Source: a virus (Duplodnaviria; Caudoviricetes). Taken from it: a DNA stretch of 28,000 bases. Under the pieces are notes generated by a model. The model ran no database searches and was not told the origin of the DNA. It was given only the letters and a program-made list of their open reading frames with translations. The stretch covers positions 1 to 28,000 of the IMG/VR virus record IMGVR_UViG_3300012936_005033; one strand, 5' to 3'. Every line of letters starts with the position of its first letter. Position 1 is the first letter of the stretch. This document shows, piece by piece, positions 16,601-24,981 of this stretch. Made by a program: the position numbers and the translations under genes.

Positions 16601-17786
16601 ATGGGCAAATCCCTTATTAGTTGGTGATTTAGGAAAGCCTAGATACAGAGGTGCAAAAGGTGGACGTGCATCTGGGAAATCACATTTTTTTGCAGAATTA
16701 ATTGTTGAAAGAATGTTAAGTCATCCAAATTCTAAAATTATCTGTATTCGCGAGGTGCAAAAATCACTCGAATTTTCTTCAAAGCAACTGTTGCATGATA
16801 AAATACAGGCATTAGAAGTTGGTCATTATTTTGAAATACAAAAAACACGAATATCTTGTACGCTTGGCAGTGGTGTTATTATATTCCAAGGAATGCAAGA
16901 TCATACAGCAGAAAGCGTAAAATCACTCGAAGGTTTTGATGTTGCTTGGATTGAAGAAGCACAATCGTTATCTACAAGATCGTTAGAATTGCTTGATCCA
17001 ACACTGCGAAAAGAAGGTTCAGAAATCTGGTGTAGCTGGAACCCAAACAAAGAAGATGATCCAGTAGAACAACTGTTTAAAGATAATAAAAATGCTGTTT
17101 TGGTTCATGTAAATTACATGGATAATCCGTTTGTTACCGATGCAACAAAAGAAATGGCCGACAGAATAAGAGGTCAAAATCCAATAAAATACAATCATAT
17201 TTGGCTTGGCGATTATATGCGTGAGGTTGAGGGTGCGCTTTGGAATGCAGACGATATTCAAAAATGTAGAATAGAAGTTGATGCAGTACCAGAGCTAGAC
17301 AGAGTTGTAGTGGCAATTGATCCTGCGGTTACTGGTAAAGCCACCTCTGATGAAACTGGTATTATAGTTGCTGGCAGAGCAGGTAAAAATAAATATTATA
17401 TATTAGAAGATTGTAGTTTGAGAGGGTCGCCAGATCAATGGATTCGTAGGTCAATTTTAAAGTATCACGAATATCAAGCAGATAGAATTATAGCAGAAGT
17501 AAACAATGGTGGCGATTTGGTTGAAAATCTGTTAAGAAATACAGATAGGAATGTTTCGTTTAAATCGGTTCGTGCAACAAGGGGAAAAATGCTTCGTGCA
17601 GAGCCAGTAGCAGCGTTATATGAAAGTGAGCAAGTATTTCATGCGGGAAAATTTTCAGAACTTGAGGAACAAATGATTTTTTACAATGGTTCTGGCAACA
17701 TTTCTCCCGATAGATTAGATGCCTTAGTGTGGGCTATTACAGAACTATCGCAAGTAAGCGGTTCACCAGTTTATAGGATCTCGTAA
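16572..17786 (+). CDS. terL: Terminase large subunit
   Basis: Walker A GGRASGKS, Walker B AWIEEA, SWNP; nuclease motifs VVAIDPA, DETG, SPDRLDALVWA. Confidence 0.95.
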   Translation: MSTLQIQTPRWANPLLVGDLGKPRYRGAKGGRASGKSHFFAELIVERMLSHPNSKIICIREVQKSLEFSSKQLLHDKIQALEVGHYFEIQKTRISCTLGSGVIIFQGMQDHTAESVKSLEGFDVAWIEEAQSLSTRSLELLDPTLRKEGSEIWCSWNPNKEDDPVEQLFKDNKNAVLVHVNYMDNPFVTDATKEMADRIRGQNPIKYNHIWLGDYMREVEGALWNADDIQKCRIEVDAVPELDRVVVAIDPAVTGKATSDETGIIVAGRAGKNKYYILEDCSLRGSPDQWIRRSILKYHEYQADRIIAEVNNGGDLVENLLRNTDRNVSFKSVRATRGKMLRAEPVAALYESEQVFHAGKFSELEEQMIFYNGSGNISPDRLDALVWAITELSQVSGSPVYRIS

Positions 17787-20059
17787 TGGGTTTATTTGAT
17801 AATTTAAAAAATTTCTTCGCAAATAATATTGAAACAAAAGAAGCCCCAAAGGTTTATATGGCAGGGCATACACTTTATGCGCACAATCGCAGAGACGGTT
17901 ACAAAGATTACGCAAAAGAAGGTTACCAAGAAAACGCAATTGTTTATAGATGTGTAAATGAGATTGCAAATGGTGCAGCATCGGTTCCCATGAAAGTTTT
18001 TCAAGGAGATATTGAACTTGACAATCATCCGTTGATTACGTTGCTGAAAAGACCTAACCCAACTCAGGCAGGTATTGAATATTTTCAATCTCTTTATTCG
18101 TATTTATTGCTAGCAGGTAACAGTTATGCGCTTGCGAGTGCAGTTAATCAAGTTCCCACAGAAATGTATTTATTACGACCTGACAGGATGGAAATAAAAC
18201 CAAGCGAAACATCTATTCCAAAATCATACTGTTATAAATTAAACGGACAAATTGCAGCAGAGTATGAAGCCGATCCAATAACTGGTCAGTCTGAAATAAA
18301 ACATTTTAAAATGTGGAACCCCTTAGATGATTACTTGGGATGCTCGCCACTCATGGCTGCAGCAGTTGATTTAGATCAGCACAATATGATTGCAAAGCAT
18401 AACATTGGTTTATTGGTTAATGGTGCAAGACCTTCTGGTGCGATAGTTTTCAAGCCAAGAGATGAACTGGGAAATACAGCTATGCTTTCTGATGGTCAAA
18501 GAGAACAAATATCAAAAGACCTTGAACAGAGATTTGTGGGTACAAAAAATGCAGGTCGTCCAGTTTTGCTTGAAGGCGATTTTGATTGGAAAGAAATGGC
18601 AATGTCACCTAAAGACATGGATTTCTTACAAAATAAACATATGGCTGCAAAAGATATTGCCTTATGTTTTGGTGTTCCGTCACAGTTAATTGGGATTCCT
18701 GACAGTCAAACCTATGCAAATGTTCAAGAAGCAAGACTTGCGTTATATGAAGAAACAATAATTCCACTAGCTCAAAGAATTATCAGCGATTTAAATGAAT
18801 GGTTGGCACCAAGTTTCGGTGATGAAATCAATATACAGTACGATTTTGAAAGTGTACCTGCAATCACAGAAAGACGCAGACGTATTTATGAAAATGTTAC
18901 GGCTGCAGTTCGTGAAGGTATTATTACTCGCAATGAGGCGAGAGACAGATTGGGTCTTGAACCCATAACAGGCGGTGATGAAGTATATATTGCTGCTAAT
19001 TTATTTCCATTAGGAGGTCCCAATGTTGCAGATGCTGAAGAAAGTAATTCGAAGTTTGATGCCGAAATGGCTTATGGGCAAAAAGAAGAAATCCGCAAAG
19101 ACGTCTTCACAACCCAAAAAGAAGCCGAAGAAAGGGCAGAAGAAATAGGGTGTATTGGTTCTCACATGCACACAGAAGATGGTGAGACAATTTGGATGCC
19201 ATGTCAAAATCACGACGAATACACTGAATTAACTGGTGATACTGTTAAAGATCATTACGATGACGATGATGATAAACGTAAAAAACCCAAACGAAAAAAA
19301 CCAAAATATAAAACTGTATTTGAAGATGAAGACAACGAAGCAAAAGCAGAAAGCGATGTAGATACAAAGCCAACATCTGCTATGGCTATAAATGCCACTA
19401 GGGGTCTAGAGCTACGCAAAAAATTCAATCGTGGTGGTACAATGGTCGGTGTTTCAAGAGCAAATCAGTTGAAGGTTAGAGAAAGATTGAGTCCAAGAAC
19501 AGTAAGGCGAATGCACTCATTTTTTTCTAGGCACGAAGTAGATAAACAAGCAGAAGGTTTTAGTAGAGGCGAAGAAGGTTATCCAAGCGCAGGTGCCATA
19601 GCTTGGCTGCTTTGGGGTGGTGATGAAGGTCAATCATGGGCTAGAAGAAAAACAGCAGAATTAGATAAAGAAAGAGATAAATCGCTCGAATTAGATGATC
19701 ATATTACCGCAGCATACATCGAAACAAAAGCACCTATTTCTGAAGCTGTTAAAAAGGGGTTGGCACAAAAGGTCAAAGACCATAATGAAAAGCATGGTGA
19801 TAAAAAAGGTAAAAAGGTTACGCAAAGAATGTTAGAAGCGGTTTTTAGGAGAGGTGTTGGTGCATATAATACCAATCCATCTTCTGTAAGGCCAAGTGTA
19901 AGAAGTTCAGATCAATGGGCATATGCACGAGTAAATGCATTTTTGTTTGCTGTTCGCAGGGGAAGATTTAGAAGTGGTAAATTCGACCTTGATTTGTTGC
20001 CATCTGGTCATCCTTTAAAAAGTAATGCAAAAAAATCAATTCAAATCGCAGCCGAATAG
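17786..20059 (+). CDS. HK97-family portal protein with about 345-aa multi-module C-terminal extension
   Basis: VYRCVNEIA, HPLITLLKRPNP, NGARPSG, NAGRPVLLEG, PKDMDF, FGVP, TYAN, TRNEAR...GGDE; ORF continues without a stop to 757 aa. Confidence 0.92.
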   Translation: MGLFDNLKNFFANNIETKEAPKVYMAGHTLYAHNRRDGYKDYAKEGYQENAIVYRCVNEIANGAASVPMKVFQGDIELDNHPLITLLKRPNPTQAGIEYFQSLYSYLLLAGNSYALASAVNQVPTEMYLLRPDRMEIKPSETSIPKSYCYKLNGQIAAEYEADPITGQSEIKHFKMWNPLDDYLGCSPLMAAAVDLDQHNMIAKHNIGLLVNGARPSGAIVFKPRDELGNTAMLSDGQREQISKDLEQRFVGTKNAGRPVLLEGDFDWKEMAMSPKDMDFLQNKHMAAKDIALCFGVPSQLIGIPDSQTYANVQEARLALYEETIIPLAQRIISDLNEWLAPSFGDEINIQYDFESVPAITERRRRIYENVTAAVREGIITRNEARDRLGLEPITGGDEVYIAANLFPLGGPNVADAEESNSKFDAEMAYGQKEEIRKDVFTTQKEAEERAEEIGCIGSHMHTEDGETIWMPCQNHDEYTELTGDTVKDHYDDDDDKRKKPKRKKPKYKTVFEDEDNEAKAESDVDTKPTSAMAINATRGLELRKKFNRGGTMVGVSRANQLKVRERLSPRTVRRMHSFFSRHEVDKQAEGFSRGEEGYPSAGAIAWLLWGGDEGQSWARRKTAELDKERDKSLELDDHITAAYIETKAPISEAVKKGLAQKVKDHNEKHGDKKGKKVTQRMLEAVFRRGVGAYNTNPSSVRPSVRSSDQWAYARVNAFLFAVRRGRFRSGKFDLDLLPSGHPLKSNAKKSIQIAAE

Positions 20060-20068
20060 TAAACTAGT

Positions 20069-20176
20069 TTAATTTAAAATGCCACCAAAATATGCAATAA
20101 GCACAGGCATGTAAAAAAGTAAAATTGTAAATGCTAGTATTAAAGTAAAATTTGTGATAAAAGTAATAAAATTCAT
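20069..20176 (-). CDS. Small hydrophobic membrane peptide (35 aa, antisense island 2)
   Basis: MNFITFITNFTLILAFTILLFYMPVLIAYFGGILN*; GGAG RBS; alternative start at 20188. Below ORF-track cutoff. Confidence 0.55.
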   Translation of the reverse strand: MNFITFITNFTLILAFTILLFYMPVLIAYFGGILN

Positions 20177-20207
20177 AATACGCTCCATTTTATGAAAACT
20201 AAGCCAC

Positions 20208-20549
20208 CTATTCAACAAGGTGGCTTCTTTTTAACAAACGTCTCAATCGTCTGCTTTTCTTGTAATTATCTACCCTATCTACGTTTTCTTCAAAAGAATT
20301 GAATAGATCTGCAAGTTCTTTGTAAACAATATTGTAAGCCGTTAATGGTCTTTGGTTTTTAATACAGTATAAGAGCATATCTTTTTCATCAAAATGACTG
20401 AAAAATTCACGATCGTATTCATCTTTAATCAAATGCATACCTTCTAAAATATTTTGATACTTTGGCTGGTTATGTGATCGCTCTTTTACAATTTGCCATG
20501 CAGTTGAAAACGACATACGCCTTAGATGTATATTAAATAAATGCAACAT
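20208..20549 (-). CDS. Hypothetical protein (antisense island 2)
   Basis: MLHLFNIHLRR...; AGGAGG RBS and TAATG coupling. Confidence 0.7.
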   Translation of the reverse strand: MLHLFNIHLRRMSFSTAWQIVKERSHNQPKYQNILEGMHLIKDEYDREFFSHFDEKDMLLYCIKNQRPLTAYNIVYKELADLFNSFEENVDRVDNYKKSRRLRRLLKRSHLVE

Positions 20550-20890
20550 TACGCTGCCTCCTTTTTCAATAACCTGTTTGGAGATACCTCGATTGCTGCC
20601 TCTAAAATATGATCGCAATATTGTTTGCATTCGATATTATCAAGTTCGGCAAGCCACTCATCATATGTAACAACCGTTGTGGGAAACTCTTTATAATCAA
20701 TCGTATTGCTCATAGAAATGGCTGCCACAAATGCCCAAGCATCTGCAGGACTGTTTAAGTCAGATACGATGTAGTCATCACCAAATTTAACTTTCCATTG
20801 GTGATTACCGTCGGCATATTTACCAGATTCGCAATGCGAACCGTAATTTTCTAGTACCTGTGTTTTAACAACATATTTTCTACTTAACAT
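20549..20890 (-). CDS. Hypothetical protein (antisense island 2)
   Basis: TQVLENYG...WKVKFGDDYIV; behind cassette copy 6. Confidence 0.75.
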   Translation of the reverse strand: MLSRKYVVKTQVLENYGSHCESGKYADGNHQWKVKFGDDYIVSDLNSPADAWAFVAAISMSNTIDYKEFPTTVVTYDEWLAELDNIECKQYCDHILEAAIEVSPNRLLKKEAA

Positions 20891-20894
20891 TTTA

Positions 20895-20958
20895 GAACCT
20901 CTCTTTTGATAAGTTTAAACTATCAAATGCACATATGTTTGTCAATACAATATTTACA
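20895..20958 (-). promoter_or_regulatory. Conserved promoter/RBS cassette, copy 6
   Basis: Minus strand TGTAAATATTGTATTGACA-N17-TAGTTT ... GAGGTTC-TAAA-ATG. Confidence 0.85.
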
Positions 20959-20969
20959 AAAAAGTATAT

Positions 20970-20998
20970 TAGACGATAAAAAAATACTATGTTATAAG
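20970..20998 (+). promoter_or_regulatory. Putative sigma70-like promoter for the MuF gene
   Basis: TAGACG-N17-TATAAG, back-to-back with cassette copy 6. Confidence 0.4.
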
Positions 20999-21017
20999 GT
21001 GCCATGGGTTTTCTTGA

Positions 21018-21812
21018 ATGAAAAAAATGAATTTACAAAGAAAAGTATCTGTAGGTGCGAATAAATATTCTGCACGCAAAGAAATTACTGAACAGTTAAG
21101 AATACGTCAGTCTTTTGAAAGAAAATTAAATTTATTGTTAATTAAAACATTTTCAGAAATCGGTAAACTTGCTCAGCAAGAATATATTAATCGTCAACAA
21201 ATAACCCTTACAAATGCATCTATATCAGAAAAAATAAATAATATTTTAGAACCGCATTATCGTGCAGTTATTGACGAGTTCGGCTTGAGAATGACACGAT
21301 ACAGAAAACAAGAAAGTCAATTTGAAATTATCATAAGAGAATACTACAACGTTTTTGGTGCATTGGCGGTTACAAATATTTCTAATACTACAGTAAATAA
21401 ACTGGTAGCTGTTATACTTGCAGCAGAAACAGAAGGTCTAGGAGTTGCCGCAGTTGCAGATCAAATATTCGAAAGTATGAAACCTGCATTTACAAGGAAT
21501 AGATCAGCGGTAATTGCAAGAACAGAAACGCATAACGCTGCTAGTTTTGCAAATCACGAAATAGCAAAATCTATGAATTTACCTAATTTACAAAAACAAT
21601 GGGTAGCTGTTTCAGATGATAGAACAAGAAGTAACCATGCAATTATGAATGGAACAAGAATTCCCATGGATGAAGATTTTGATGTTCCAAGTTCATTCGG
21701 AACAAGGCAAATGAGTCGTCCAAGTGACCCACGAGGTGGTGCCGAAAATATAATAAATTGCAGATGTGTTCTTATGTATGTAACACCAGAAGATGATGTT
21801 GTTGATGAGTAA
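21018..21812 (+). CDS. Head morphogenesis protein, MuF/SPP1 gp7 family
   Basis: IARTETHNA, KQWVAVSDDRTRSNH, PSDP-x-G-x-AENIINCRC. Confidence 0.9.
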   Translation: MKKMNLQRKVSVGANKYSARKEITEQLRIRQSFERKLNLLLIKTFSEIGKLAQQEYINRQQITLTNASISEKINNILEPHYRAVIDEFGLRMTRYRKQESQFEIIIREYYNVFGALAVTNISNTTVNKLVAVILAAETEGLGVAAVADQIFESMKPAFTRNRSAVIARTETHNAASFANHEIAKSMNLPNLQKQWVAVSDDRTRSNHAIMNGTRIPMDEDFDVPSSFGTRQMSRPSDPRGGAENIINCRCVLMYVTPEDDVVDE

Positions 21813-21863
21813 CTTGCGCGAAATAACTAAATGATGTAGATTACCTTTAATTATGGAGTATAT

Positions 21864-22715
21864 ATGCCATTACCGAAACCATATGGAAGCGAGACTCAAG
21901 GTGAGTTTATGAGTCGTTGCACTAGTGACGATAAGGTTCGCGCAGAATTTCCAGACAATGACCAGAGGGTTGCGGTCTGTCTTAGCCAAGCAAAAAAGGG
22001 TGAGAAAATGAGTGATGATCTGATAGATGAAGCACAAGAGACAGACGAAAATAAATATGAAGATGGAGAACTGGACGTTAAGTTTGAAATCAAGACCGAA
22101 GAAATCGGAGAAGAAAAGGGATTATTTTCTGGTTATGGGTCAATTTTCAATAACAGAGATTTAGGCAATGATGTTGTTCTTGCAGGTGCATTTGCTCAGT
22201 CAATAGGTCGTAAAGGTGCAAAGGCTGTAAAGTTACTTTATCAGCACAAACAAGATGAGCCAATTGGTGTATTTGATGAAATTATTGAAGATGCAAAGGG
22301 TTTAAAGGTCAAAGGTCGTTTGGCAATGGGAACCCAAAGGGGAAAAGAAGTTTACGAACTCATGAAAATGGGTGCGATTGATGGATTATCTATCGGCTAT
22401 AGAGTTGATGATAAAGGTTACGAATATGACAAGCGGCGAAGGCGAAGAATGCTCAAGTCGGTTGACTTAATGGAGATTTCTGCCGTTACTTTTCCAATGA
22501 ACCCGCGCGCACGGATTCAAGCTGTAAAAGGGGCAGAACGCACAGTAAGAGACTGGGAACAATTTCTTCGGGATGAAGGAAGCCTTTCTCGAACTGAGGC
22601 AAAGGCGGCTGCAAGCGCAGTGACCAAGGCACTTGAACAGCGGGATGCTGTTAAAGAAGAACAGCCTGAAGTTCTTGAAGCAATGTTACGCTTCACAAAC
22701 ATCCTAAAATCTTAA
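21864..22715 (+). CDS. HK97-type prohead protease with extra N-terminal mini-domain
   Basis: FSGYGSIF, LLYQH, PIG, DGLSIGY, LMEISAVTFPMNPRA. Confidence 0.92.
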   Translation: MPLPKPYGSETQGEFMSRCTSDDKVRAEFPDNDQRVAVCLSQAKKGEKMSDDLIDEAQETDENKYEDGELDVKFEIKTEEIGEEKGLFSGYGSIFNNRDLGNDVVLAGAFAQSIGRKGAKAVKLLYQHKQDEPIGVFDEIIEDAKGLKVKGRLAMGTQRGKEVYELMKMGAIDGLSIGYRVDDKGYEYDKRRRRRMLKSVDLMEISAVTFPMNPRARIQAVKGAERTVRDWEQFLRDEGSLSRTEAKAAASAVTKALEQRDAVKEEQPEVLEAMLRFTNILKS

Positions 22716-22734
22716 TTCTACGGAAGGAAATAAA

Positions 22735-23949
22735 ATGACAGAAGAAGTCAAAAATGCCGTAGACGCAATGTCGAGTGCCTTTGAAGAATTTAAAAAGGTA
22801 AATGATGAGCGTTTAGCGGAAATCGAAGCAAAAGGGGAAGCAGACCCGATTGTGGAGGAAAAGCTCGCAAAGCTTGAAGGTGAATTAGACAAATTTGAAA
22901 CAATCAATCAGTCGCTCACCACACAGCAAAAAAATGCAGAGGGCATGGAAGAAAAACTTGCTGAGATTGAAACAATGCTTAAGCGACCTGCAAATGCAAT
23001 GGAAGCAAAAGATATTGATGTAAATCTAAAAGCTTGGGATACCTTCATGCGTAAGGGTGAAGATGGGCTTGATGAAATTGAAAAGAAAGCATTGACAGTT
23101 GGTACGGCTGCAACCGCAGGTAATTTAGCACCTGCAGAGTATGTTGAAGAACTGATCAAGGTTATTACTGAAATTTCACCAGTTCGTTCTGTTGCTCGTA
23201 TTCGTCAAACTTCAAATAAAGAAATTGAAGTACCAAGTAAAACTGCAACATTTGCAGCAGCTTGGACAGCAGAAACTGGCTCACGTTCAGAAACAACAGG
23301 CTATACAACCTCGTTGAACACAATTCCAACACATGAGCATTATGCTCTTGTTGATATTAGTTCACAGTTGCTTGAAGATAGTGTGTTTGATTTAGAAGCT
23401 GAAATGAACACTGAATTTGCAGAGCAATTTGCAAAAGCAGAAGGCGCAGCTTTTATTTCTGGTGATGGTTCAAATAAACCAACAGGCATTGTAAATGGAT
23501 CAACTGTTTCATCAACAACTGCGGCTAATGCTGCATCTATTGTTGCTGATGATCTTTTTGATTTGGTACATGGTCTTAAATCTGAGTATGCACGTTCAGC
23601 TACATTTATGATGAACCGCGCAACACTTGGAGCAATCAGAAAGCTTAAAGATACTGCAGGTCAATATCTTTTCCAAACTGGTTTCTCTGGGCAATCAGGT
23701 ATGCCAAATACAATTCTTGGTCATCCATATGTTGAAGCACCAGATGTTGCTGACATTGCCACAAGTGCAAAATCAGTAATCTTTGGTGATTATCGTAGAG
23801 GGTACATGATTGTAGACCGTGTAGCTCTTGCAGTTCTACGTGACCCATTCAGCCAAGCTTCATCAGGAAATGTTCGTTACATTGCCAGAAGAAGAGTTGG
23901 TGGTGAAGTAGTTCTTGCAGAAGCAATGCGAGTTCTTGAGCATCCATAA
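22735..23949 (+). CDS. Major capsid protein, HK97 fold with delta domain
   Basis: Coiled-coil N-terminus, EKK/ALT boundary, SQLLEDSVFDLE, GDGSNKPTGI, KLKDTAGQYL, FGDY, RVGG. Confidence 0.95.
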   Translation: MTEEVKNAVDAMSSAFEEFKKVNDERLAEIEAKGEADPIVEEKLAKLEGELDKFETINQSLTTQQKNAEGMEEKLAEIETMLKRPANAMEAKDIDVNLKAWDTFMRKGEDGLDEIEKKALTVGTAATAGNLAPAEYVEELIKVITEISPVRSVARIRQTSNKEIEVPSKTATFAAAWTAETGSRSETTGYTTSLNTIPTHEHYALVDISSQLLEDSVFDLEAEMNTEFAEQFAKAEGAAFISGDGSNKPTGIVNGSTVSSTTAANAASIVADDLFDLVHGLKSEYARSATFMMNRATLGAIRKLKDTAGQYLFQTGFSGQSGMPNTILGHPYVEAPDVADIATSAKSVIFGDYRRGYMIVDRVALAVLRDPFSQASSGNVRYIARRRVGGEVVLAEAMRVLEHP

Positions 23950-23960
23950 GTTTATGGTTT

Positions 23961-23979
23961 GGGGAGCTTACTGCTCCCC
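23961..23979 (+). terminator. Hairpin after the capsid gene
   Basis: GGGGAGC-TTACT-GCTCCCC; weak U-tract. Confidence 0.55.
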
Positions 23980-23998
23980 TTCCTACTAGGAGGTAGGT

Positions 23999-24289
23999 AT
24001 GAAAATAATGATGGTTAAAAATTCAGTAGGTATTGCGCGCTCAGATGGGGCGGCAACAATGACCTATGAAGCAAACAAAGAATATAATTCTTCCGAAGCA
24101 TGGCAAGAAAAAGTCTTTAAGTATTTTGTTACCAATGGTCTGGCAAATGAAATTGGTGGCAATGCACCAGTTCCAGAAACTAAAGCACCAAAACGCGCAA
24201 GAAACGAAAAAGGTCAATTAAAAGGTGATGATCCAACAACACCTGATGTCAATGAAGCTTGGGAAGGTGGTAAAGCACCAAAAAAATAA
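23999..24289 (+). CDS. Hypothetical virion-associated protein
   Basis: AGGAGG RBS; RARNEKGQLKGDDPTTPDVNEAW tail; located between capsid and connector. Confidence 0.7.
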   Translation: MKIMMVKNSVGIARSDGAATMTYEANKEYNSSEAWQEKVFKYFVTNGLANEIGGNAPVPETKAPKRARNEKGQLKGDDPTTPDVNEAWEGGKAPKK

Positions 24290-24306
24290 ACAGGGAATGG
24301 TAGGCT

Positions 24307-24981
24307 ATGGCTGGATTAAAAGTAACAACGGAACCAACAATTGAGCCTATCAGTATTGAAGAGGCTAAAGAGCATCTTAGGCTTGATGATGACATTGATG
24401 ATATTCCTGTTTTAACTTTTATCAAAGCAGCTAGACTTTACGTTGAAAAATTTACTGGACGTTCCCTAATTACAAGAACTGTTCAACAATTTTTAGATAC
24501 CTCTGCAGCAACCCTCGATCCATTATATGAAGGCATGAGAACAGGTGTTATTGCTAGACCTTATGCTAACTACATAGAATTGGCAGCTTCACCAGTAATT
24601 TCAGTAACGAGTGTAAATTATTATAATGACTCAGATACACAATCTACTTGGGCTACATCAAATTATTATGTTGATAATGTCTCTGATCTTGGACGTATTT
24701 ATCTTAGGGATGGAGGAACATTTCCGACTGATCTTAGGGCTGCAAACGGTTTAGAGATAAATTATACTGCAGGTTTTGGCGCAGCAAGAAGTGATGTTCC
24801 ATCCGATTTGAAATTAGCAATGTTGCAATATATGACTTTTGCGTATGAACATAGGGGTGAACAAGAGGGCAATGCTCCTCCCATGTTGCCCAAAATACTA
24901 AACACCTTATTGTCCCCATATAAGATTATGCGTTTAGGCGTTCATCCCTATGCCAATATTTTAAGAACAGGGATTAGTTGA
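24307..24981 (+). CDS. Head-tail connector (gp6/phiE125 gp8-like)
   Basis: EPISIEEAKEHLRLD, AARLYVEKFTGRSLITRT, YTAGFG...VPSDLKLAML...YEHRG. Confidence 0.9.
   Translation: MAGLKVTTEPTIEPISIEEAKEHLRLDDDIDDIPVLTFIKAARLYVEKFTGRSLITRTVQQFLDTSAATLDPLYEGMRTGVIARPYANYIELAASPVISVTSVNYYNDSDTQSTWATSNYYVDNVSDLGRIYLRDGGTFPTDLRAANGLEINYTAGFGAARSDVPSDLKLAMLQYMTFAYEHRGEQEGNAPPMLPKILNTLLSPYKIMRLGVHPYANILRTGIS

Noticed and set aside
19258-19312. KRKKPKRKKPK as a nuclear localisation signal implying a eukaryotic virus
   Set aside because: Holin, endolysin, SD sequences and sigma70 promoters indicate a bacteriophage; more likely a charged linker
19016-20059. Intein or intron in the portal gene
   Set aside because: No C/S...HN splice motifs or LAGLIDADG endonuclease; the extra sequence is C-terminal, not an insertion
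4228-20958. 19-bp repeats as CRISPR repeats, att sites or IS ends
   Set aside because: They are dispersed, not arrayed; no cas, integrase or transposase gene; each has promoter geometry
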